DNA of 64,000 bases. It comes from Lepidodermella squamata (Eukaryota; Animalia; Gastrotricha). Location: NCBI GenBank assembly GCA_047495785.1, contig JBLDXI010000033.1, positions 2,852,001 through 2,916,000 of the forward strand, read 5' to 3'. Position numbers and translations under genes: made by a program. Of the stretch, positions 13,636 to 24,025 are shown one piece after another (position 1 is the first letter of the stretch; every line of letters starts with the position of its first letter). The notes below the pieces were generated by a model. It did not search any database. It was given only the letters and a program-made list of their open reading frames with translations, and had not been told where the DNA came from.

Positions 13636-14901
13636 CTAATTGTCATCGTCGTCTTCTCGCTGGGAGAAGAGAAAGTTAGCGGCGAGTTCTTCGTTCTTGT
13701 CACACGCAAAGTACGCTTGAACACACATCGCCTCTGGAAATCCAAGACTCTTCAGTCGATCGATTGCAGCCTTTTCGGCCTAAATATAAAAAAATTCCAC
13801 AACCTCAAAGCATGTCAACTCCTGAATTTTCTACCGGTGTAACTTGTATAACATGACTGGGATTGCGTCCGCCCTGTTGGCCCTGAGGAGCGTTGCCGCC
13901 ACCAAGACCTCCGCCGCCACCAGCATTGAGCATCTCAAGGAACTCTCCCTATTAAATGCATTCACAGTAAATTCTGGAGGCTTGGGTAATAATGAAATGA
14001 AAAACCTGATGTTCCGCAATTTGACTGAGAAGTTGCGGATTACGCTGCTGAATCGCAGCCAGTAACTCTGGCAGTAGAGCGGGGTTCTCCTGAACAGCTG
14101 CTCTGATTTGCTCAAACATGGGATCATCAGCCAAAGCTCCAAGAGCATCAGCGCTCAACCCACCCTCGCCTTCAGACTCTTCTCCCTCGGCATCAGACTG
14201 GCTTACGCCTTGCATAGCCGATTCTCCTGTCGAGGGTTCTCCGGATCGAGCTGGAGTCGGCGGTGGGACAGATGGCATATCGTCAGCAGCGCTAGGCGGG
14301 ATGCCGGACAATAAATACTCAACGGCTCGTTCAGGGTTAAAGAAAGATGCTCGCAGGGCACGCAAAACAGGCTCTCTTTCAAAGCCCATCAACATAATTT
14401 CGTGGACGATTCGCTCGGCCGCTGCATGAAAAACAGCATTTAAATAGACCTAAAAAATTGAAAAATTGCTTTATTACCTTCTCCCATAACCAATTGCTCT
14501 GCAGCAGCTTGTTCCGAAGGACGACTGCTGGATGCGGGCTGAGAAGCAGGAGCAGAGGTGGGAGCAGGAGCAGGTTTCGTGGCAGTTGGTTGAGAAGCAC
14601 TAGATGCCGAGCTTGAGGATTCTGCTGCTGGTTTAGCGGCAGGGGGAGCCTCGGCTGCTGGTTTCTTTGCCGGGCCAAGGATGACAAAGAAGTCATCTTT
14701 TTCACTGTACTTCAATTCATTGAGCTTGGTTTCATCCTTGCAGATGACACCTTTTAGAATCAGACGTTGGCCATCAACTGGAAACTCGTCCCCCTTTTTC
14801 TCTGCGACTTTGGCTTTGATCTGCCCGATAGACGCCTCGTCTTCAACATTTTCAACTTCAAAAAACGTGTTGCGAATAGTTTTAAAGCGCAGGTTCACCA
14901 T
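13636..14901 (-). CDS. RAD23: UV excision repair protein RAD23. Exons 14901-14478, 14421-14006, 13948-13835, 13779-13636
   Basis: UBL domain (LRFKTI...QRLILKG), UBA1 ([27 protein letters not shown]), XPC-binding domain ([19 protein letters not shown]) and UBA2 ([10 protein letters not shown]...[16 protein letters not shown]). Confidence 0.96.
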
Positions 14902-15405
14902 TTCGATCACTTAAAATACACCTGTAAAAAGACTAATGCATATACAATTTATTTCTCTTGTATTTGAAGAAAGCGTGCCAAATTGAAAACCAGCTCAGTT
15001 TTTTAAAGCAACAGCTGGTGCAAGTTTATGATTGCGTAAAGGCCTCTTCTTGTTTTAAAGAATGAAACAATTTGGAACTTTTAATTGGGTTGCGTCCGAC
15101 TTGGGCCTCCACTCTAAGAGATGTCTAGTAAAAGGTACTAGGTACTACAACAAAATTCTACTCCTAATAGTTGATAATCGCAATTAACCATTAATCTATA
15201 AATAGAATTCTTAAATGGGGCTAGGATCGGCGACGAATGGAGCACTAAATCTTACACTCAGAGCTCCAAAAACCCGGCAATATCGTAATTAAATTACGAG
15301 TCGGATCCAAGTCTTTCGGCGCGTTGTCTCGCTAATCTTACGTTTCTCGACTGCTTTGGGTAGCATTGGCTATCTAGATACTAATTTCTTGTTGAAAATG
15401 CATTA

Positions 15406-15582
15406 GAATTTGGACGATTCCAATTTCGTTGGTAGAAGTGCGCTCTCGGAACGATGGCTATCAGACGGTCAAGATTAAGGTTTAGGTCAGGTTTAGGTTT
15501 AGGGTGGGGTGCCCTCTTAGCTATCTGAGAGGGAGCCCTCTGGGAGCGCACTTCTATCAACGCAATTGGAGGAGGCAGAATT
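15406..15582. mobile_element. Small MITE-like element with central TTTAGG/TTAGG-like repeats
   Basis: Inverted arms 15419-15445 / 15544-15570 (27 nt, 2 mismatches), TGCATTA direct repeat on both flanks (15399-15405, 15583-15589) and centre AGGTTTAGGTCAGGTTTAGGTTTAGGG. Confidence 0.6.
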
Positions 15583-17377
15583 TGCATTAAATGCATCATA
15601 GAAATTACCAGCTACCAATGTAATCAAGGAGGCAATTAGAATGTCACGTCAAGTTCTTACAAGGGAAGACAAGAAACAGTTTTCGAAATCGTCTGACTGG
15701 TTACGATACAGAAAACCAATTTTTGGGGCACTGCTTACACTTTTCCCAACCGGCGCCAGGCGCCTGAAATTCGTTTTCATTTTCGTCTACAAATTCTAGA
15801 TATGTTCAATCAGCCAGTTAACTAGTAGCAGTAATTTCTTTCTCAGTGTATTTCGTGGACAGATAAATACTGTAAAAAAGGAAATTTTCGCGGGCGGCAC
15901 TTTTTAACAGTAACCAATATATTTTATTAATAAAGAAGAGTCTATGATCTAATTTGAAAATGAAGAATCTTTCGCTACTCAAAGCGCAGCAGTTTTTGAG
16001 CAGTTCAAGTTGCTCCAAGAGCTGATCACTAGGCTCAAGGAGTAATGAGTGAGGACTAGAGAATAGAGCGGTTTGACTGATGTTGCTCTTGACATGAAAT
16101 ATTCCAGAAGAAAGTTACTCGAGGAGGCAAAAGCTCTTAGAGTTAAAGTACTTTGCCCTAGGAGGTAGGAGGCTATGAGTAGACGTCGTTAGGAGTGTTT
16201 TGCTCAAAGAGTTGCTCTCATGGAACAAAACTCCAAAGCGATCGATTTGTTCCAAAACACAACAAAACGATCATTTTCCTACTAGAAGAGCCCAAGTAAA
16301 GTAAAAATAAATAGAGTAATGGCGCAGGCGAATTTTGGGTTTAAGCCAAAAGAGCCCAGCGCCATACGCAAACTCGGAACGTCTGTAATCGCATTTTCAG
16401 AGACAAAATAGATATCCATATATCTAAGAAACATGTATAAAACGCAAGTATATATTATTTATAAAGCATTAACTTCTAGTCTTGTCTTCTGCTCTTCAAG
16501 TTTCCATTTCCACGTCCCCAACGTCATCTGGGTTTCGCGTGTGACGCACCCTCTGAATAAACTCTTGTTCATAACCCTCCAGGTCCTAAACAATGACACC
16601 CTTTAGAAAACACAATATTTCAATAAATATGTCATCATCAAATCAAAATTATTAAAAATATGTTTAATTTCTAGTTAGCTTAATATATAATTTTTATCGG
16701 TCAAACTTATTTTTCAATCTTCGATTTTTGCGGCTTCAATTTTTTTCCAAAAGAAGAACCCGGCCGGAATCGTTGGCATCGGCGAGTCTTCTACTGCGTA
16801 GTTGCTGTAAACTTGCAGGTGTGGCACCTGCCAGTGTAAACCCATTAATCCCATTTTTCAATGTTGTGTGATTGGAACTGTCTTATGACATAATTACTGT
16901 ACCATTTTTTAGATCAAGTTCAGTTCAAAGTAAATATCTAACAAAGTCGCCAGAGATCAGAGATCGTTGATGCGAGATCGCGATGATTCAAGATAAGAGA
17001 TCGGTTGTCACTAGTTACACCCATTTGATTTGTGATCGCATGGTTTAGATTATATAGGCAAAGGGATACGTATAGGAATACGCGCTTCGATAACTACTAA
17101 CTTCGTATTGATTGATTTTTTTTCGTGTTCTTTGAAATCCGACGCTCCAGAGTTGCCACGGTCGGCTCCCTCCATTCCCTTCTACTCGTCAGTGCGCATG
17201 TGTGATGTGAGAATATTGAATTAATATTTTCACAGGGAGTAGATGACCTCTATTGTCATTTATGTTTGACCATATTCACCTATTTTGTATCTGTTCCCCT
17301 ACTCGATTCTCTATAATTTTCCATATCATTATTATTTAGATTTTCGTTAAGAAATGAGCGGTTGATATCGCCTCACA

Positions 17378-19226
17378 ATGTTTTATACGGACTTGGTCCT
17401 AAGCAAGAAAGGGCCTTTGGCTAGAATATGGCTTGCGGCTCACTGGGACAAGAAGCTGACCAAGTCTCATGTTTATGAAACAAATATATGTGGCTGTGTC
17501 GAAACAATCTTGCAGCCACATTCTGACTTGGCGCTTCGAACGTCGGGCCATCTGCTGTTGGGTGTTTGTCGAATCTTCAGCAAAAAAGCTCATTATCTAT
17601 TGGCCGATTGCAATGATGCTTTCATTAAAATCAAAATGGCTTTTCGATCAGACGCACTCAATTTGGAATTATCTGGCGGTGATATGCTTTTGCCTATAAG
17701 CGAGTTGACATCTGCTATTGATCTACCCTCTGGTCGTCAAAGAAAGCAAATCGGTTCTGCCACCATCGATCCTCTTATTCCAGACTTAAATAGTATTGAT
17801 CTGTCCCTGATGACTGCTTCTACTGGTCAACCACTAGCGCTAAACCTCGACAATAACTTGGATGTCGATAGCTTGCCACATGGTCGTCATGAAAACCAAT
17901 CCGATAAACATCTGCTAAGTGATGCTCGGTGTGGAGCAATGGATCTCGATCGCCCAATTCAAGATGACGGCTTCGGCTTGCTGCTAGGGGACGAAGCCCC
18001 ATCCTCCCTCGACTTTGCGGATTCCGCTGACCTGTTAATGGGTCACAATGTCCAGTCGGATGAAGCATTTGGTGATTCTTATCGTTTGATGGAAGGAACA
18101 GAACCAATTCAACCCTCGAGCGTTGACGAATCGCATCCCAAAGATGTCGTTAATTCAACGCCTGCGACATCGCTTGACCTGGCTGCGTCTGTTACTGTTG
18201 CTGAAAGCATTGCTGGTACCGATGCTTTTGCGGAGGAATCTACCGTTAACGAATTCAGACCAGTTCGCGTGAGAAAGCGGAAAATTGTAGCTATCGCGAT
18301 GGATGACGAAAAGCTACTCAGTTCTGACTTCATCAAGAAATCCCTCGCTGATTCTTCTGACACTGTAACTCGGTTACAATTAGCGCCACCGGTTAGGTCG
18401 CTGATGAACCTGATGCAAAGAGGGCGCGTAGAATATCTTTTATCTTCGCCTTCCATATCTATATCACCTCGAGTTTGCCGCGATATTTTCGCACATTGTG
18501 GGCAAATTTTGGCGAGAAATCTAGAGAAAGAAAATCACACCTCAACTTTCAATGACGTCGAGAATATGGCAGCTATCGATGAAAACATTGCGATAGATGC
18601 TCCTGATGGAACCGTCGCCATGGAAGAACCCATCGCCCCTGTCAGTTTGCTTCATGAATCAGCACATGTAAATAACAAGGCGGATGAAACCGTAGCGAGT
18701 GATCATCCAAAGCGCGCAAAACGAGGAGATGGCGAACAAAGAGCTGTAATGAAAGCTGGCCAGTTTGCTAAGCGCATGGAAGAGTTGCTGAAGCGGCTTG
18801 TCGAAAACGAAGCCTCTGTGTCGAAATCGAGTGGCAAAAATGCTGGAGAGGGAGTGAAACTTGCCGAATTGTTTTTGCCTCAGGATGGCCGGAAAGGCGT
18901 CGCTTGCAAATTCTTTTCTTGCCTAGTATTGCGGAAACTCGGACGTGTAGAAATGGCGCAGGTCAGTTTACTTGATAATTTTTATTAAAACCAATGTGCT
19001 TATTGTCATCTTTTTGTTTCGTTTTTAGGCTGCGCCATTTACTGAAATAAATGTATCTAGCGTAAACAAGCCTTCTCATAATGATCTGAATGATGATGGT
19101 GACGACGATGCTAGTGGAGAGCGCGATGGGAGTGGCGACGAGAGCGATTCAGACGAAAGTAGTAGCTCGGAGTCAGAAGTTGTTGTCAGAAGTCCTTCAC
19201 CTTCGCACCGTCGAAAAGTGCACTGA
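17378..19226 (+). CDS. RAD21: RAD21/SCC1-family cohesin kleisin. Exons 17378-18961, 19029-19226
   Basis: Highly conserved N-terminal domain MFY..VLSKKGPLARIWLAAHWDKKLTK...LALRTSGHLLLGV.RI, central RKRK..MDDEK motif and C-terminal winged helix RKGVACKFFSCLVLRK...QAAPF. Orthologue versus paralogue status is unresolved. Confidence 0.9.
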
Positions 19227-20543
19227 CTAACTTCTGTGTTTTCTACGATGTAATGTTGTCAGCCGCACTTGTTTGCCAAGTCATTAAATGATGGAAATGT
19301 TTCGTCTTGTTTTGTAATTTCGCCTGTTTTGTTTATGATTGTAAAATTATAACTGCATATCTTTTCTGTGCTTAATTTACACGACGATGCCTAATATAAA
19401 TGTACTTTGTGTACTTATCATTTATATGAATGTATATAGAGATGACCTTTATTATTTATTTGATTGCGCCCCATCCGGCTGCGGATGCAAATTTCATCGT
19501 TGTTTTCATCCGAATTTCCTGAATGTTACACCATGTGCGAGCTGCAGAGTAAACTTAGCTTAGGCAGGTTTCCTGGTTTTGAAGATCTCGTGGACTATTT
19601 TGGTAGTGCGGTGGGTGTATAATTAGGAAGCTCTACACTTGAGGTGTTGAGAGGGATGAAAAACAGCTTTTTTTGCGACTTTTTGTACTGCCATCGATGT
19701 TCATTTATTGCTAAAATCTTTATCTTTTTGTTTGCGTCTCGTGTAAGTATACTGATTGACATGTACATTTTTTCATATCATCACAATTCTAGCGAATTTG
19801 TAAAGGCTGTAAGGATTCTGAAGAAAACAGGAAATGATGGCGATGACGGTTTTCTGTCTGTCTTATTCACTCACTGTTCTGATTGATAATCGACTGTAGA
19901 TTTGGTCGTTGCTTCGATTGAGCAAGAAATTTTTATGTATGCTCCTGCGACATTCAACGGAAAGCGCTCAAGTGCCATTGAATGTTGTTCATTCTCTGTT
20001 AACGAAATATTAGGAGGATGATGATGATATAAATCACTGACCGTTTTTATTAAAATGAATTTGAGCGATAAATCAGTGTTTTTGTATTCTTTCATAATAT
20101 TTAGTGTTTCGACTAGTAGAAGTTGCCATTTATTGAGTTATCAATGTCCCGACCGAATAGCAGGTGACATTACTCGGGTAGCATTGGCTTGACAATTAAG
20201 TTATTAATAATTTCATAAAAATATTTCAAAGCTGGAATCACAGTATGCTTGGATAATGGGATTCGAATGGCTGTTACGTTTCATAAGCCTTATCAGAATG
20301 TCATGAGTATTCGAGCCCGATGAATGCAAAATTCGAAAAGTCGTATTTTCCTTTGAAGTACCCGGCGCAGGGTTCGTAGTTCTCGTCAACTATGACTTAG
20401 TCTCGAACCGAATAGTGGGGACGAGATTCTACTCACTTTCGTGTTACTCTACGATTAAGCCATCCAACCTTGCATGATTTGATTCGGCATTTTTTCAAAT
20501 AACTTACTTTTTCGTAGGCTTTATTTCATCTGCGATCGAAGTA

Positions 20544-23500
20544 ATGTATTATGTCTTCAAAAGCTTTAATCATACGGGGCGATCTATTTGCAGTCGATTT
20601 TGTACCTTGCGATTATTCCCAACCAGATTGTGCTCTGCTGCAGTAAAACCTACCGTCTCCTTGCCAGTACCTTTGCCGAAAAATCACAAAAAAATAGGTT
20701 TGCGCCCTCCATTAATTGCTGATTTGAGCTTCATCAGTGATACTTTGATAGGATACTGGTTACTGGCTAGTGCTGGTCTCACATCTGGAGTTCTATTTCT
20801 TGGCGGTCTGACGCGACGTCATGAGGCTAAAATCTCGGTGGCACAATGGAAGTTTGTGCAAAAAATGAAGTTTCCTAAAACGGAAGAGGTTGTCTTTCTT
20901 TGTTCCTTGCTTTCCGTTGTTTCTCTGTGGTTGTCGTAGAGCAGATGTCCTAACTCTTCCTTCTCTTAATTTTCCTTTCTATTATTTCTCTTCTTCCATT
21001 CTTCTTCCTTAAAACTTTTGGAACCCTGGGCGACCAGATGGTCAAAGGCTTGCGGGCTCCAGGGATCTCCAGAGAGCTGGAATCCCAGGGAACTCTTTAA
21101 CACCCTGAGTTCGAAAAAAATTCTCCGGAACCCGTGAAACTGGGCTCCGGTTTTCGGGCCTTGAATCAGCCAATCATGTGAACCACAACTGCTTATTAGA
21201 CTACGACATGCTTACTGGTAGAATGCCTCATTCATGGGCTCAGTTCCACATCTCTGTACGCAGAATCATGAATGTTCATTGTTCATCGCGACTATTTTCA
21301 TATTTTTTAGGAGTGGCTTCAGCAGTTTCACCAGTTCGAAGCATTGGGAGGAGTTTCAGGCTCGACTTTGGAAGACTTTAGAACAATTGTTTCGCACGAA
21401 GCAGCTTTCTATTATTACGGCCGGGTAGTTGCAACAAGTTTTCTGTTGCCAGGTTAGATTGTGAAACAAAAACACACATACCGTCAACTGGGGTGACTTT
21501 ACCCAGTGGGGTGACATATTGGCATGGGTTTTTGTAACTGACTTTCAAATAACCGCGGTGGGCATGTGTTACATTGAAATATAGTCGATATGGATGCCAA
21601 TCGAAAGCTGACAGGACCTGCAGCCAAACGGAGTTGGCATTTTGACCAAATTGATACGCTCACGAAGCGTATTATCAATTACCTGTCACCAAAGTCACCC
21701 CAAACGGCAGTTTCACATATGGGGTGACTTCGTCGTATGTTCTCTCTTCGTTAATCAATATTTTTCATGCGACAATGACTGGGGAAATAAATTATGAGAG
21801 CTAAGAGGCTGGAATTTGGTGATCAGACAGGATCGGTAAAGGGATCGGAGGCTGTCTACCAATATACATGTAATTTAATCCACACACAGTAGGATCACAT
21901 TCAGCTAGGAAATTAGGGCCAAACGGGTCTAATAAACGTTCAAAATTATTAGCAGATAAAATTCCGTGAAGGTTGATTGAATAAATTCATGTTATTTGCA
22001 AGTTTTTACATGTCACGTGATGCTAATAAAGTCACCCCAGTTGACGGTACTTGATTATTCGTTTTTCCAGGCCTCTACTTTTGGGCCAGGGGACACTTCA
22101 CGAAACATCTGAAAATTCGATTCGCGGTTCTATGCGGATTTCTTGGAAGTCACGCAATTTTAGGCGTTGCATTTGCTCGGCACGACAAGTTTCGAAATGT
22201 TGATGAAAGGCTGGAGGCTAGGACATCTCCATACCGCTTAGCCGCTCACTTGACTCCATCACTGTTCTTCTACGTCATCTCGCTATGGAACGGACTCAGT
22301 CTAATTCTTCCGCAGGTTTATATTCCTGAATCGACTCGCTACGTTATTATCAGGAGAATGTTGGTTTCAATTGTCTTTCTATGTAAAATAGCATTCTTAT
22401 TCTGAATATCTCAAGGTTTGCTCATCCATTAATGCTATTGATTTTCTCCACGACTATCACTGGCATCGTCGCTAGCAGCATTCAAGCAGGCTTGGTATAT
22501 AACTCGTGGCCACTCTTTGCTGATCGATGGGTTCCGAGTGATTTATGGGATGAGTCACTCGTGCCATCATATCGTAACTTTTTTGAGAATCAAACCATGG
22601 TTCAATTCGTCCATCGATTGGCTGGCGAATTATGCTTCATTGCTGTAGCAGGTTTTTATTTGGCAGCTAGAAGAATTCCGCATCTTCCTCCCAGAGCGAA
22701 GCTTGCCTTGAATTCACTGCTCGCGATGGTTTCCATCCAGGTACATCAAACTTATGTTATGAAACCTTATGAAACCAATTGGGTTGCCCTCGCTTGCGTA
22801 TCAAAATCGCTCAAATGTGGTATCACTTGCGTATTTTTCAAGTAAAATGACACCAAGCATCATTTTCGTAGCCCATAATTAAAAACTTTATATCATTCAT
22901 TTCATTTGGAACAATGGGCGCTATTGTTATGTACAAGAGAGCCTAATATGAACGGTTCAGGTGTCAAAATTGTTTTCAAAGTTAACTATAAATATATCAC
23001 TCCTTCATACGATTGCTTTTTAACACGCATTTTCTCGAAAACCGTAAGCTTCTCGCGATCGTCTCAGAGCAATATGAACTCTCTGGCATAATCATCTGAT
23101 GAATTCCCGTCAACTGCTCTTGGATCTAATACAGTTGGCTACGAATGCTCAAGGTTCAACAAGGCAAGGAAGCTGCTCTGCTTCCAGGGGTCCGTTTTCA
23201 TCTGCGAACACTGTGAAAATGAAAGAATCCCTACTACCTAATAGTATACACCTAACTGAAATATGAACATATTATTATACCGTTCTTATATATGACGAAT
23301 GCGCCATCATGCTATGAGTCATATTATTCTTGGACTTGAATTGCAATATGTGAACGAATAACAGAAATGAAAAAACACCCAAATTTCTCTCTTGGAAAGT
23401 GTTCGTTCCGGGCGTGAGCGCGGCTCTGGCGGTCCGTAGAGGCTCTCGTTGTCAGCCGGTTGGCTAGCACGAGCCTTATGTTGTCGGGCTTCCTTAGCTA

Positions 23501-24025
23501 TGCGCTCAGTTGTCCCCGGGGCTCTCACTTTCTCACTGAGAAAAGGCATACTGTTTCCTGTTTCACGTCCTTGATGTTACTTAATTTACGTTTTATAATC
23601 AGGATTATTTCATAATGATGAACTTTAAAAAACAAACTATTACTATATTGACTGCTGCTATATACCTACAAAGAAATCGAAACATCTTTACTAACCTAAA
23701 TACAATTAGCGGTTATAAAATACTACGATTTTAAATAATCGCGGGGTTGAACCCAAATAAAACATGATATAAAAAATAAAAATAAAAAATTTGAGCGATT
23801 TTGATACGCAAGTGATAAAATGCGCAACCTGCAATGTTTTCCTTCAATTTGATGTAATGCTGAGATTTTTTTACATTCGCATAGGCTGGATTAGGAGTGG
23901 CAGCTTTATTGACATACGTGCCTATCCACGTTGCTGCAACTCATCAGACCGGATCTGTTGCTGTGCTGTCTTGTGCGGTGTGGTTTGCCAATGAAATCCG
24001 AAAATGGAAGATACCAATCAAATGA
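20544..24025 (+). CDS. COX15: COX15 heme A synthase-family protein with divergent N-terminal half. Exons 20544-20697, 20752-20888, 21311-21452, 22071-22359, 22416-22740, 23885-24025
   Basis: Mitochondrial-type basic presequence, then GYWLL..LGGLTR, YRLAAHL, AGLVYNSWP, FFENQTMVQFVHR and VAATHQTGS, all colinear with human COX15. Six exons join in phase with GT-AG introns. Confidence 0.88.
21481..22047. mobile_element. MITE, Tc1/mariner-pogo superfamily, in COX15 intron 3
   Basis: Perfect 21-bp TIRs CCGTCAACTGGGGTGACTTTA, TA target-site duplication on both sides, internal copies of GGGGTGAC in both orientations. Confidence 0.92.
22780..23831. mobile_element. Inverted-repeat-bounded non-autonomous DNA element in COX15 intron 5, carrying a spliced antisense ORF
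   Basis: Perfect 24-bp subterminal inverted repeats (22793-22816 / 23789-23812), termini TGGGTTGC / GCAACCTG, CAAT on both flanks. Confidence 0.7.
23139..23549 (-). CDS. Hypothetical ~98-aa protein or pseudogene nested antisense in COX15 intron 5. Exons 23549-23379, 23334-23281, 23210-23139
   Basis: ATG-initiated ORF with two phase-0 GT-AG introns (44 and 70 nt). The frame continues past a TAG and a TGA with coding-like composition. No recognisable homology. Confidence 0.4.

Noticed and set aside
22354-22416. Non-canonical donor in COX15 intron 4 (a gap-free RRFAH alignment would need an intron starting AA)
   Set aside because: A canonical GTTGGT donor at 22360 is in phase and costs only one inserted Met
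22990-23141. Stop-codon readthrough or selenocysteine in the nested antisense ORF
   Set aside because: The two stops differ (TAG and TGA) and no SECIS is evident; decay is the simpler explanation
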